Shown here piece after piece: positions 1-10,279 of a DNA stretch of 64,000 nucleotides (position 1 is its first letter; every line of letters begins with the position of its first letter). Under the pieces are notes generated by a model that saw only the letters and a list, made by a program, of their open reading frames with translations, was not told the origin of the DNA and made no database searches. The stretch lies in assembly GCF_032116555.1 (NCBI RefSeq), contig NZ_CP134949.1, positions 3,162,001 to 3,226,000 of the forward strand, written 5' to 3'. The position numbers were made by a program, and so were the translations under genes. Source of the stretch: Halorarum halobium (lineage in GTDB: Archaea > Halobacteriota > Halobacteria > Halobacteriales > Haloferacaceae).

Positions 1-227
1 GGGGGTGGTCAGCGGGAACGTAAAGCGATGGTGTGGAAAGCTCGCTTTACAGTAAAGGGAACTTTACATCGGATGATAAATCTGCCGCTCGACGCCGCGC
101 TCCACCGACCGCCACCCGCCCGTCGTCGACCCGTCCCACGGCCGGACGGCAGCCCTCGTTCGATCCGACCGGAACCCGCCGGAGAACGAGCCGTTCGTCG
201 ATGTTGCTCCTCACCCACCGTCGTCGG

Positions 228-602
228 CTACGCCTCGTCGCCGAAGCCGTCGATGCGGTCGTGGACGGTGTCGGACCACTCGTCGAGCGCCGCGTGGAGC
301 ATCTCCTTGGCCTCACCCAGCGGGGTCGCCGTGTACTGGTAGACGTAGCCGCCGGGGTCGAGCAGCCGGCGCTCGCGCTCGGCGAGGTTCTTCTCGAGGA
401 GGGTCGTCAGCGACCGGTTCACGTTCGAGCGGTCCCGATCGAGCACCTCGGCGAGCTCCTCGACGGTGCTGCCCGGGTGGTCCCGCAGCGTGAGATACGT
501 CCGGCTCTCGTGTTCCTGGATCCCGAAGACGCAGGCCATCACGTGCTGGAACGTCGGCTCCTCGGTGTGGATGAGGTCCTCCATGTCGGGTGCGTCGCTC
601 AT
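228..602 (-). CDS. HTH (TrmB/MarR-like) transcriptional regulator
   Basis: 124 aa; HTH-like segment STVEELAEVLDRDRSNVNRSLTTL; acidic composition. Confidence 0.8.
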   Translation of the reverse strand: MSDAPDMEDLIHTEEPTFQHVMACVFGIQEHESRTYLTLRDHPGSTVEELAEVLDRDRSNVNRSLTTLLEKNLAERERRLLDPGGYVYQYTATPLGEAKEMLHAALDEWSDTVHDRIDGFGDEA

Positions 603-706
603 CGGACCGGGCTACGGACGTGGCGCGGTTAAACCCCGACCATGGGGCAGTTCTGCCGGGTGACCTGCCGGAGAATCCGTCTGATAACCCGGCCGACGAG
701 GTCCGC

Positions 707-943
707 TCACTCCGCCTTCGCGTAGCCCATCTTCTCGATACACGCCCGCATCTCCGACTCGTCGGGGTGTTTGTGCAGCCGCGTCGGCGTGTCGCAGTAG
801 AACGTCTCGCCGTCGTGGCGGAGCGTGAGTTCCCGCTCGTCGCCGAACAGGTCCGCGGTGACGACGACGCGCCGCCCCGACCGCATCGCCTCGATGAGCT
901 CGTCGGCGGTCAGTTCACCGGCGTCGACGCGCAGCGGTGGCAT
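707..943 (-). CDS. small conserved hypothetical protein
   Basis: 78 aa acidic ORF (FYCDTPTRLHKH) with haloarchaeal codon usage. Confidence 0.7.
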   Translation of the reverse strand: MPPLRVDAGELTADELIEAMRSGRRVVVTADLFGDERELTLRHDGETFYCDTPTRLHKHPDESEMRACIEKMGYAKAE

Positions 944-1002
944 CGACTAGGCGTGCGTGGCCCGCCGCCATGTTTCTTGCTCCCCGCCTCGAACGTCGGT
1001 CC

Positions 1003-1404
1003 ATGAACGCGCGCACCATCGACCACGCCACGCTCCACGTGCCGACCGACGGGCTCGAGGATGCCCGGGCGTTCTACGGCGACGCGCTCGGCTTCGACCT
1101 GGCGGGCGTCGAGCGCTTCGAGGCCGGGGAAACTCCATTCTTCGACGTCAGATTGACCCCCGAACACCTGCTCCACCTCTGGCCGACCGAGGAGTTCGCG
1201 GAACCGGACGGGACGGGCTACGACCACCTCGCGCTGGTCGTCGAGGAGGGAATCGAGGCGATCACGGCCGAACTGAACGCCGCCGGCGTCGAGATCGAAC
1301 GCCGGCTGGAGAACCCGGTGGGCGCGACCGGCCGCGCGCCGGCGGTGTACGTCCGGGACCCGTTCGGCTATCGGGTGGAGCTGAAGGAGCCGGTGGAGGG
1401 GTAG
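1003..1404 (+). CDS. VOC/glyoxalase family protein
   Basis: IDHATL...ARAFY...YDHLAL...YVRDPFGYRVEL motifs; start set at ATG 1003. Confidence 0.85.
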   Translation: MNARTIDHATLHVPTDGLEDARAFYGDALGFDLAGVERFEAGETPFFDVRLTPEHLLHLWPTEEFAEPDGTGYDHLALVVEEGIEAITAELNAAGVEIERRLENPVGATGRAPAVYVRDPFGYRVELKEPVEG

Positions 1405-1493
1405 CGGGAAGGGAGTCGGGTCGCCGGAACGGCCTCAGTCGGTTGTCGACTTCTTCGAAACCGACGACGAAGGTATCGGCCGCCGGAGCGGCC

Positions 1494-2210
1494 TCAGTTC
1501 GTCGTCGATTTCGACCGCCCCTCGCTGGCGTCCTCGACCGTCTCCGCGGGGGGCTCGACGCCCTCCGCCGCCTCGGCGGTGTCCATCACCTTCTCGGTGT
1601 CGACGTGCCAGCGGCTGATCTCGTCCTCGTAGTCGGCGAGCCGTTCGGACACCTCCGCCTTCAGGTCGTCGTCGTTGACGTTCACCTCGAAGACGAACGC
1701 GGGGCCCTCCTCCTCGCCGCGGTTGGTCTTCTGGATGTTCGCCGAGACGAGATCGTTGTCGAAGTAGTACGGCGCGAGCTGGGTCATCACCTTCCGGTAG
1801 ACGGTGTCCTCGACCTTTCGGACGGCCTTCCTGCTCGCGGAGTCGGCCGCGCGTGCGACGTGGTCGATGGAGTCCTTCCAGGAGTCGAGCGCGCCCTCGC
1901 TGTCGCCGTTCTCGACCTTCTCGTAGGACTCCGAGAGCTTCTCGCCCGCGGTCTGGAGGTCGTCCTCGGCGGACTTGCCAGCCTTCTCTCCCTCGCCCTC
2001 GTCGACGCTGGCCTGCTCTGCGGTCTTCTCGCTCACGTCCTCGCCGAGTCGCTCGTGGACCTTCGGCCGCCACTCGTTCCACTCGGCGAACGGGTCCGAG
2101 GACGACTCGCGGATGCCCGCCTCGCGGAGGGCCCGGGTGATGCGCTCGCCGTGTTCGACGACGTCCCCCCAGTCCCCGCGGACCTTGAAGCCGGAGATGC
2201 TCTCCTCCAT
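1494..2210 (-). CDS. conserved haloarchaeal hypothetical protein (DUF5828-like)
   Basis: 238 aa acidic ORF MEESISGFKVRGDWGDVVEHGERI. Confidence 0.75.
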   Translation of the reverse strand: MEESISGFKVRGDWGDVVEHGERITRALREAGIRESSSDPFAEWNEWRPKVHERLGEDVSEKTAEQASVDEGEGEKAGKSAEDDLQTAGEKLSESYEKVENGDSEGALDSWKDSIDHVARAADSASRKAVRKVEDTVYRKVMTQLAPYYFDNDLVSANIQKTNRGEEEGPAFVFEVNVNDDDLKAEVSERLADYEDEISRWHVDTEKVMDTAEAAEGVEPPAETVEDASEGRSKSTTN

Positions 2211-2325
2211 TGCTGCGTGGGCGGGCTACGCCCGCGAGAGGGATAAGCGTCCCTGCGTCGTCACACGGCTGTCAGACGGCGAGCACGTTCGGCGTCCGGC
2301 TCCCCGGCCGGTCGCCGACGAGCGG

Positions 2326-2532
2326 CTACCGGTCCCTGCGGCCCGTCAGCCGCGACGCGAGGCCGTCGAGACGCGACCGGACCCCGTCCGGGTCGACCGC
2401 GTCCTCGGCCGCGTACGGGTCCCGCGTGGCGCGCTCGGCGTCGTCGCGCCCCTCCTCGGTCTCGTCGGTGACGGTGCTCGTGAGATACACCGTGGATTCC
2501 ATCCCGCGCGTTCCCATGGTGTTCGTTGGCAA
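2326..2532 (-). CDS. small hypothetical protein (start uncertain)
   Basis: acidic ORF of up to 68 aa with several in-frame Met codons, in an otherwise empty gap. Confidence 0.45.
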   Translation of the reverse strand: MPTNTMGTRGMESTVYLTSTVTDETEEGRDDAERATRDPYAAEDAVDPDGVRSRLDGLASRLTGRRDR

Positions 2533-2587
2533 GTGGGTCGATATCGGTCATAAATCTTCGGTCCCCCGGGGGCGGCCGTCGTCGCGG

Positions 2588-4039
2588 TCAGTCGTCCCCG
2601 ACGGCGACGGGTCCCTCGGCGGCGGAGGGGCGCGGCGTGGCCCCGCGGCCGAGCAGCGCCGTGACGAGGAGGACGAGCGGCGAGAGGAACGCGAAGAAGT
2701 AGTAGGGCGCGTACGAGAGCGTGCTCACGCCGAACACGCCGGCCATGTAGACCCCGCCCGCGTGCCACGGGATCAGCGCGCCGGTCGGCGTCCCGGCCGA
2801 TTCGATCGCGCGCGAGAGGTCCTCGCCGTCCAGCCCGTACTCATCGTAGAGGTTCCGGAGCGTCATCCCGGGGACGACGATGCTCAGGTACTGCTGGGCG
2901 GAGAACACGTTCACCGCGATGGCCGACGCGCCGGTGCCGATGACGAGCCCCGTGGTGCCCCGCACGGCGCGTGCGAGGTGGTGGGCCAGCACCGCCAGCA
3001 CGCCGGTCCGTTCGAGCAGGCCGCCCAGCGAGAGCGCGGCGACGACGACCGAGACCGTCCAGGCCGACCCGGAGAGGCCGCCGGTGACGAGCAGGTCGTT
3101 CACGAGCGCGACTCCGGTCTCGGGAGCGGTGCCCGAGAGGAACGTCTCCCAGGCGACCGTGAACGGCGCGCCCTGGACCAGCGTGGTCGTGACCGTCCCG
3201 GCGAGCGCGCCGGCGACGAGGGTCGGGAGCGCCGGGACGCCGTACAGCGCGAGGCCGAACGTGACCACGAGCGGCAGGAAGACGAGCGCCGAGACCGCGT
3301 ACGTTTCCGCGAGCGCGCCCTGGATCTCCGCGACGCTGCCGGCGGCGACGGCCTCGCCCGCCCGGAGCCCGAGGACCGCATAGAGGACGAGCGAGAGGCC
3401 GAACGCGACGACGGTGCCGTTCCGCATCGCGCGGATGTGATCGTACAGGTCCGTGTCCGTCACCGCGGCCGCGAGGTTCGTCGTGTCCGAGAGGGGCGAC
3501 TGCTTGTCGCCGGCGTACGCGCCGCTGAGGATCGCGCCCGCGGTCATCGGCGCCGGGACGGCGAGCCCCGAGCCGATGCCGACGAACGCGACCCCGAGCG
3601 TCCCGGCGGTGGTCCACGAGGAGCCGATGGAGAACGCGACGGCAAAGGAGAGCACCGCGGTCACGGGGAGGAACACCCCGGGGCCGAGCACCGAGAGCCC
3701 GTAGTACATCAGGCCGGGGATGGTCCCCGCGCTCACCCACGTCGAGATGAGCGCGTAGATGACGAAGAGGATGAGGATCGCCTGCAGCCCCATCAGCAGG
3801 CTGTCGGCGATGCCCTCGTAGAGGTCCTCCCACGGGAAGCCGAGCCAGTACCTGCCGACGAGGCCGGCGAGGACGATGCTCCACAGCAGCGGGCCGTGGG
3901 GCGCGAGCTTCAGGTAGCCCGAACCCACGCCGAGGAAGACGATCACGCCGAGCACTGGCACGAGCGCCTGTCCGAGGCTCGGCCGCACGTCGGGCGCGAT
4001 GTCGTCGTACGTTCGGGGTTCGACGGTGAGCGATGGCAC
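2588..4039 (-). CDS. nhaC: Na+/H+ antiporter NhaC family
   Basis: polytopic membrane protein with GSSWTTAGTLG and GAYAGDKQSPLSDTTNLAA motifs; GTG start at 4039 inferred. Confidence 0.88.
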   Translation of the reverse strand: MPSLTVEPRTYDDIAPDVRPSLGQALVPVLGVIVFLGVGSGYLKLAPHGPLLWSIVLAGLVGRYWLGFPWEDLYEGIADSLLMGLQAILILFVIYALISTWVSAGTIPGLMYYGLSVLGPGVFLPVTAVLSFAVAFSIGSSWTTAGTLGVAFVGIGSGLAVPAPMTAGAILSGAYAGDKQSPLSDTTNLAAAVTDTDLYDHIRAMRNGTVVAFGLSLVLYAVLGLRAGEAVAAGSVAEIQGALAETYAVSALVFLPLVVTFGLALYGVPALPTLVAGALAGTVTTTLVQGAPFTVAWETFLSGTAPETGVALVNDLLVTGGLSGSAWTVSVVVAALSLGGLLERTGVLAVLAHHLARAVRGTTGLVIGTGASAIAVNVFSAQQYLSIVVPGMTLRNLYDEYGLDGEDLSRAIESAGTPTGALIPWHAGGVYMAGVFGVSTLSYAPYYFFAFLSPLVLLVTALLGRGATPRPSAAEGPVAVGDD

Positions 4040-4218
4040 GTGTACGCCCCAATAATAACCTGAAAGAATTGAGTGTGTCGTGTTTATTCTTACAAAGCAT
4101 GATGCCTGGTAGCGCCCGCCGTGCGTCTCGTGATCGTGGATCGCCCCGCTGCCGGCGACCGTCCGGGGGCGACGGCGGAGCGTACCGTTATTGTAGCCCG
4201 TCCGCCTAGGGGGCGGTA

Positions 4219-4461
4219 ATGAGGATCGAGTTCGACCGCGACACCTGCGTCGGGATGTTCCAGTGCGTCGCGGAGTGGGACGCCTTCGAGAAGAACGTGG
4301 ACGACGGGAAGGCGGACCTGCGGGGCGCGGAGGAGATCGAGGCGGACGTGTTCTCGCTGGAGGTCCCCGACGACGCGGAACTGGACGCGAAGTTCGCGGC
4401 ACGGACGTGTCCCGTCGACGCGATTCGGCTCTACGACGACGACGGCGAGCAGGTGATCTGA
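4219..4461 (+). CDS. small ferredoxin
   Basis: 80 aa; DRDTCVGMFQC...CPVDAI. Confidence 0.85.
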   Translation: MRIEFDRDTCVGMFQCVAEWDAFEKNVDDGKADLRGAEEIEADVFSLEVPDDAELDAKFAARTCPVDAIRLYDDDGEQVI

Positions 4462-4568
4462 GTTCTTGGGTCGTCGGGTGCGTCGGTGGTGGGGAACTCG
4501 GTTGGGACCACCTCCAGAGCCCCCGCACCGCTCTACTCTGACGTTGGTTTGGTGGTGACGACGTTCCG

Positions 4569-4773
4569 GAAAGCCCCCGCGGCTATCGACTCGGTGGGGC
4601 CGCCGTCGTTCGAAGATCGAAGGTTTTCGTGACGCTGTCGGATTCCGGCGGAATCCGGCCGTCGACGGGAGATCGGCGGGTTCCCGTACTGACGAACGGC
4701 GCTCGCGCCGTTCGAACCACGCTCCTCGGCTCACTCACGTCGCTCGTTCGCTCGCGGTGCTTGACGGTCCGCG
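4569..4773 (+). repeat. intergenic modular hairpin repeat, partial copy (left arm and inner modules)
   Basis: GAAAGCCCCCGCGG...GAACCACGCTCCTC...GCGGTGCTTG matches the copy at 14051-14200. Confidence 0.8.
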
Positions 4774-4948
4774 ACGGTGAACGATTCCACAGAGAACGAA
4801 GCGACGACAACCGAACCGACCCCGGAGCCGGCAGCCACGGGGACTCTCCAGGCCATCACCGCAAACCCCTCCCACGAGTACCCACGCTCGAACACCCCAG
4901 CCGATCACGGGGGAACCGTTAAGAGGAATCTCACCGTCACACCGACCG

Positions 4949-5065
4949 ATGACGGAGCCCCAGAACTGCCACATCCCGGAGTGGGCGGCGCTCATGGACG
5001 TCTCCGTCCCGGAGAGCGCGTGCGAGGAGCGGACGCTCGGCTCCCGCCCGCGGGACGAGGCCTGA
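4949..5065 (+). CDS. candidate 38-aa small protein
   Basis: ATG 4949 to TGA 5065, MTEPQNCHIPEWAALMDVSVPESACEERTLGSRPRDEA; TATA-like TTAAG at 4919. Confidence 0.4.
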   Translation: MTEPQNCHIPEWAALMDVSVPESACEERTLGSRPRDEA

Positions 5066-5129
5066 CGCCCGGTTTCAGTTCCGCCCCGGTTCACGAACGT
5101 TTACCCGCGATGGCGGCCAAGCACCCCTG

Positions 5130-7709
5130 ATGGCGGAGGCCGCCGACCCCGAGTACGTCGACCACGCCCTCCTGAACCCCGGGTTCATCGAGCGGCGGCG
5201 ATACCAGGTCCAGCTCGCAGAGACCGCGAAACGCGCCGACACGCTCGTCTGCCTGCCCACCGGGCTCGGCAAGACGACCGTCTCGCTGCTCGTGACCGCC
5301 GACCGGCTCTCCTCGGTCGGCGGCAAGGCGCTGCTGCTCGCGCCGACGAAGCCGCTCGTCCAGCAGCACACGGAGTTCTACCGCGAGGCGCTCTCGATCC
5401 CGGACGACGAGATCGTCACGTTCACCGGCGACGTGAAACCGGACGACCGCGCGGCGCTGTGGGACGACGCGCGCGTCGTGATCGCCACCCCGCAGGTCGT
5501 CGAGAACGACCTCGTCGGCAACCGCGTCTCGCTCGCGGACGTGACCCACGTCACCTTCGACGAGTGCCACCGCACGACCGGCGACTACGCGTACGTCTAC
5601 ATCGCCGAGCGCTACCACGCCGACGCGAGCGACCCGCTCGTGACGGGGATGTCCGCCTCACCGGGCGGCGACGAGGAGGAGATCCTGATCGTCTGTGAGA
5701 ACCTCGGGCTCGACGAGGTGGAGGTGATGACCGAGTCCGACGCGGACGTCGCCGAGTACACCCACGACACCGACGTCCAGTGGGAGAAGATCGAACTCCC
5801 CGAGTCGATCATCGAGATCCGCGACGCGCTGAACGAGGTGATCAGCGACCGACTGGAGACGCTCAAGTCGCTCGGCGTCTCGAACACGAGCCAGCCCGAC
5901 GTCTCGCAGAAACAGCTCAACAAGATGCGCGCACAGCTCCAGCGCATGATGGACGGCGGGAACTCGGACGCGTACAAGGGGATGTCCGTCCACGCCGAGG
6001 TGATGAAGCTCCGGCGTGCGGTCGAACTCGTCGAGACCCAGAGCGTCGAGGCGCTCCGGCGCTACTTCGAGCGCCAGCGCAACGCCGCCCGCTCGTCGGG
6101 CGCGTCGAAGGCGAGCCAGCGCCTCGTCGCCGAACCGGAGGTGCGGGAGGCGATGCGGAAGGCCGAGTCCTACGACGACCTCCACCCGAAGTTCCGCCGG
6201 ACGCGCGTGCTGCTCGCCCAGACGCTCGGCATCGGCGGCGGCGAGCGCGTCATCGTGTTCACGGAGTCCCGGGACACCGCCGAGGCGCTGACCGAGTTCC
6301 TCTCCGAGTCGTTCGACACCCGCCGGTTCGTCGGCCAGGGCGACAAGGAAGGCAGCGATGGGATGACGCAGAAACAACAGGGGGAGACGCTCGACGCCTT
6401 CCGCGCGGGCGAGTTCGAGGTGCTCGTCTCCACCTCCGTCGCCGAGGAGGGGCTCGACGTGCCCGAGGTCGACCTCGTGCTGTTCTTCGAACCCGTCCCC
6501 ACGGCCATCCGCTCCATCCAGCGGAAGGGCCGGACCGGCCGGCAGGACGAGGGCGCGGTCGTCGTGCTGATGGCCGAGGACACCCGCGACGAGGCGTACT
6601 TCTGGATCAGTCGACGGAAGGAGAAGCAGATGGAGGAGGAGCTCCGGTCGCTGAAGGGCGTCGCCGCGGACGTGGAGGCGGAACTGGGCGGGGACGGCCA
6701 GGCCGCGCTCTCCTCGTTCGAGGGCAACGGGGCCGGTGGCGACACGAATGGCGACAGCGGCGACGCGGCCGGCGACGTGGAGGGCGACGACGGCGACGAC
6801 GCCGATGCCGGTTCCAACGCGACGGCCGCGAACGACGGCACCGCGGCGGCGTCGACCGGGTCGGGGTCCCAGCCGGGCCTGACTGATTTCGACGCCGAAA
6901 CCGACGACGGCGCGGGCGACGGGGCGTCGAACGACGGGGCGGCGGGCTCCGATGCGGCTGCTGACGACGACGGCGGCGACGCGGACGGAGCCGACACCGA
7001 CGACGAGGGTGACGGGGACGGCGTCGTCGCGGCCGCCGGAACGAGCGACGACGTCGAGGGGACCGAGATCGTCATCGACCAGCGCGAACTCGACTCGACC
7101 ATCGCCCGCGACCTCTCCACGCGCGAGGGGATCACCACCCGGCTGGAGACGCTCGACGTGGGCGACTACGTGCTCTCGGACCGCGTCGCCGTCGAGCGCA
7201 AGTCGGTCGCCGACTTCCTCGACACGCTCGTCGGCGGCGACCGCTCGATGTTCGAGCAGGTCCGGGACACGGCGCGGGCGTACGCCCGGCCGGTCGTCAT
7301 CGTCGAGGGCGAGGACCTCTACGGCGAGCGGAACGTCCACCCGAACGCGGTCCGTGGCGCGCTCTCCTCGCTCGCCATCGACTTCGACGCGTCGGTGCTC
7401 CGGACCGAGGACGAGGCCGACACGACGGAACTGCTGGAGGTCATCGCGCGGCGCGAGCAGGAGACGAACGACCGCGAGGTGTCCGCCCACGGCGAGAAGG
7501 CGGCGAAGACGCTCGCCGAACAACAGGAGTACGTCGTCAGTTCGATCGCGGACATCGGCCCGGTGACCTCGCGGGCGCTGCTCGACCACTTCGGCACGGT
7601 CGAGGCGGTGATGACCGCGCGCGAGGACGACCTGCTGGAGGTGTCGGGCGTCGGCGAGGTGACGGCCGAACGCATCCGGGAGGTCGTCGGCGAGGAGTAT
7701 CCGGAGTAG
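5130..7709 (+). CDS. hef: Hef: FANCM-like SF2 helicase fused to ERCC4/XPF nuclease and HhH
   Basis: LPTGLGKT, DECH, QRKGRTGR; acidic linker; GDYVL...VERKS nuclease motif; C-terminal HhH. Confidence 0.95.
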   Translation: MAEAADPEYVDHALLNPGFIERRRYQVQLAETAKRADTLVCLPTGLGKTTVSLLVTADRLSSVGGKALLLAPTKPLVQQHTEFYREALSIPDDEIVTFTGDVKPDDRAALWDDARVVIATPQVVENDLVGNRVSLADVTHVTFDECHRTTGDYAYVYIAERYHADASDPLVTGMSASPGGDEEEILIVCENLGLDEVEVMTESDADVAEYTHDTDVQWEKIELPESIIEIRDALNEVISDRLETLKSLGVSNTSQPDVSQKQLNKMRAQLQRMMDGGNSDAYKGMSVHAEVMKLRRAVELVETQSVEALRRYFERQRNAARSSGASKASQRLVAEPEVREAMRKAESYDDLHPKFRRTRVLLAQTLGIGGGERVIVFTESRDTAEALTEFLSESFDTRRFVGQGDKEGSDGMTQKQQGETLDAFRAGEFEVLVSTSVAEEGLDVPEVDLVLFFEPVPTAIRSIQRKGRTGRQDEGAVVVLMAEDTRDEAYFWISRRKEKQMEEELRSLKGVAADVEAELGGDGQAALSSFEGNGAGGDTNGDSGDAAGDVEGDDGDDADAGSNATAANDGTAAASTGSGSQPGLTDFDAETDDGAGDGASNDGAAGSDAAADDDGGDADGADTDDEGDGDGVVAAAGTSDDVEGTEIVIDQRELDSTIARDLSTREGITTRLETLDVGDYVLSDRVAVERKSVADFLDTLVGGDRSMFEQVRDTARAYARPVVIVEGEDLYGERNVHPNAVRGALSSLAIDFDASVLRTEDEADTTELLEVIARREQETNDREVSAHGEKAAKTLAEQQEYVVSSIADIGPVTSRALLDHFGTVEAVMTAREDDLLEVSGVGEVTAERIREVVGEEYPE

Positions 7710-7815
7710 TTGGATCGCGAGGGGCGACCGACAGGTGGTCGACGCGGCGCGCGGGACACGCGAGGATCCCGGACCGACCGGTGGGTTTACTGTCCGCTCG
7801 TGCGCAGTCGCTCCC

Positions 7816-8151
7816 ATGTCCCCTCCACGCGCCGACGACGGCGACCACTCCCCGCCCGGCCCCGACGCGGACCGTCCCGTCGGGACGGACGGCGGCGACG
7901 CGGGCCCCGGGTTCGACGAGGCAGCGCTCTATCTCGTCGTCCGCGAGGCGGTCGAGGACGCCATCCTCGGCGTGCTGGGAACGCTGCTGCTCGTCGGCGT
8001 CGCGTTCGTCCTGATCTGGGCCGGCGTCGTGAGCGCGATGTCGGCCGGGGCCCCCGTCGGATACGCCGTCGGCGGGGCGATCGCCCTCCTGGGGTTCTAC
8101 ATCGCCGCCGCGACGCTCGAAGTGATTCCGCCGGTCCGGGACTGGTTCTGA
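7816..8151 (+). CDS. small membrane protein
   Basis: two hydrophobic helices after an acidic N-terminus; ATG 7816. Confidence 0.65.
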   Translation: MSPPRADDGDHSPPGPDADRPVGTDGGDAGPGFDEAALYLVVREAVEDAILGVLGTLLLVGVAFVLIWAGVVSAMSAGAPVGYAVGGAIALLGFYIAAATLEVIPPVRDWF

Positions 8152-8163
8152 ACGGGTTCGTGG

Positions 8164-9708
8164 TCACTGCCGCCAGTAGGAGGGCGAGAGGACGATCAGC
8201 ACCGAGAGGATCTCCAGCCGACCGATCCACATGAGCCCGACCATGTAGAGCTTCGAGAGCGTCGAAAACGGGAGGAAGCTGTTCATCGGTCCGACGATCC
8301 CGACGCCGGGGCCGATGTTCCCGAGGGTGGCGATGGCCGCGCTCACCGCCTCGATGGCCGAGAGGTCGAGCCCGACCCGGAGCGAGTCGAGGAACAGCAC
8401 GACGGCCGAGACGGCGAAGATCAGGAGGAACGCGAGGACGAGGATGAACACGCCCCTGACGCTTCCATCATCGACCGGCTCCCCCTGGAAGCGGATCGGC
8501 CGCACGGCCTCGGGGTGGATCGTCACGAACAGCTCCCGCGTGATCGCCTTCCGGACGACGACCCAGCGGACGATCTTGATCGAGCCGGCCGCCGAGCCTG
8601 CGGAGCCGCCGAGGAACATCGCCAGCAGGAGCACGACCTGGGCGGACTCGTGCCACGTGTTGAAGTCCATGCTCGCGTACCCGGTCGTCGTCACGATGGC
8701 GACCGCCTGGAAGACGGCCTGGCGCAGCGAGTGCTCGAACTCGCCCGGGATCGTCGGGACGTTCGCGGGCGACTCGGCGAGCCCGAGCCCGGTGAACAGC
8801 AGGACGGCGAGCAGCCCCCCGACGCCGGCCATGGTGAGAAGGTACGACCGGAACTCCTCGTTTTCGATCAGCCGTCGCGGCTTCCCCACCGACGCGTACC
8901 AGAACAGCGCGAAGTTCGTCCCGGCGACGACCATGAACACGAGGACCGCCCACTGTACGGCGGGTGAAAACGCCTCGACGCTCCGCGCCTGCGGGGAGAA
9001 GCCGCCGGTCGGCATCGTGGTCAGCGCGTGCGCGACGGCGTTGTAGAAGTCCATGTTCGGCGCCGCCCCGAGCTCCGAGAGCCCGTAGTAGACGAGCACG
9101 GCGGCGGCGGTGAGCCCGGCGTAGATGAGCCAGAGCGCCCGGGCGGTGTCGCGGATCCGGGGCGTGAGTTTCTCCAGGGAGACCCCCGGAGCCTCCTCGT
9201 TGACGACCTGCGCGCCGCCGACGGAGAGCTCCGGCAGGATGGCGACCATGAGCACCAGGATGCCCATCCCGCCGAGCCACTGGGTGAGCTGTCGCCACAT
9301 GAGGATCGAGCGCGAGTGCCGTTCGAACGAGATCTCCCCGAGCACGGTCGCGCCCGTCGTCGTGAACCCGCTCATGCTCTCGAACAGCGCGTTCACCGGG
9401 TGTGCGACCGTCCCCTCCCCGGCGATCAGGTACGGGAGCGTCCCCACCGCCGGGACGGCGAGCCACGTCAGCGCGACCAGCAGGAACGCCTCGCGGTGGC
9501 CGAGTTCGCCACCCGTCCGGAGCCGTTCGAGCGCGGTACCCAGCCCCGCCATGACGAGACTGGTCGCCAGGAACGGGACGGGGTTCTCGCCGTAGTAGAG
9601 CGCGACGGCCAGGGGGAACAGCGGCGCGAGCGAGAGCAGCTTCAGGATCGAGCCGACGAACCCGAGGGACGTTCCGTAGTCGACGTACGCTCGGGAGTCG
9701 GCGGCCAT
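8164..9708 (-). CDS. trkH: Trk-type K+ uptake membrane protein
   Basis: FESMSGFTTTGAT, QWLGGMGI, TTTGY, GNIGPG, MWIGRLE motifs. Confidence 0.95.
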   Translation of the reverse strand: MAADSRAYVDYGTSLGFVGSILKLLSLAPLFPLAVALYYGENPVPFLATSLVMAGLGTALERLRTGGELGHREAFLLVALTWLAVPAVGTLPYLIAGEGTVAHPVNALFESMSGFTTTGATVLGEISFERHSRSILMWRQLTQWLGGMGILVLMVAILPELSVGGAQVVNEEAPGVSLEKLTPRIRDTARALWLIYAGLTAAAVLVYYGLSELGAAPNMDFYNAVAHALTTMPTGGFSPQARSVEAFSPAVQWAVLVFMVVAGTNFALFWYASVGKPRRLIENEEFRSYLLTMAGVGGLLAVLLFTGLGLAESPANVPTIPGEFEHSLRQAVFQAVAIVTTTGYASMDFNTWHESAQVVLLLAMFLGGSAGSAAGSIKIVRWVVVRKAITRELFVTIHPEAVRPIRFQGEPVDDGSVRGVFILVLAFLLIFAVSAVVLFLDSLRVGLDLSAIEAVSAAIATLGNIGPGVGIVGPMNSFLPFSTLSKLYMVGLMWIGRLEILSVLIVLSPSYWRQ

Positions 9709-9829
9709 GCACGGCCGTTTGGCTGGTCACGTGAAATGCTCGGGGGATTCGCGCCGACGGCCATTCGCCCACCCCACCTCGACCGTCCACTCGAGCGGAC
9801 GGCTCCGACGGGCGGGCCCGATTCGCGTC

Positions 9830-10183
9830 TCAGAGCCGTCCCAGGTGCGTCTCGCCGAACCCCGACTCCTCCTTCAGCCCGTAGCCGGCCGCCCGGTCGA
9901 TGCCGATGTGGCCGGCCCACACCGCCCCGCCCCACGCCAGCGGTTCGACGCCCGTGAGCAGGAAGCCGGCGAGGAGGACCAGCGGCCAGACGTACACGTG
10001 AGCGACGTTGTAGGTACGCGCGCCGACCACGGGGCCGGCGAGGTAGCCGACCATCGAGAGGTCGGGCGCGAGCGCCAGCACGGCGAGCACCCAGAGCGGG
10101 CCGTCGAGCACGACGAGGTAGCCCGCGAGCGCGGCGAGCGCGATCGCCAGTCCCTCGACGCGGAGGTAGGTTCGGCTCTCCAT
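9830..10183 (-). CDS. DUF4260-like membrane protein
   Basis: LRVEG...APDLSMVGYL...YNVAH...HIGIDRAAGYGLK. Confidence 0.85.
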   Translation of the reverse strand: MESRTYLRVEGLAIALAALAGYLVVLDGPLWVLAVLALAPDLSMVGYLAGPVVGARTYNVAHVYVWPLVLLAGFLLTGVEPLAWGGAVWAGHIGIDRAAGYGLKEESGFGETHLGRL

Positions 10184-10279
10184 CGGTCGTCGAAACGACG
10201 CGGAGCGGGATGAACTAGAGGGGAGTTCCGGAATCGCGTCAGGGTGGTGGCCGAGGGGACGGTCCGAGGGGGTCCGCGA

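Noticed and set aside
6720..7060. Acidic Gly/Asp-rich stretch in Hef as a possible intein or insertion
   Set aside because: No intein terminal motifs; a disordered helicase-nuclease linker is normal for Hef.
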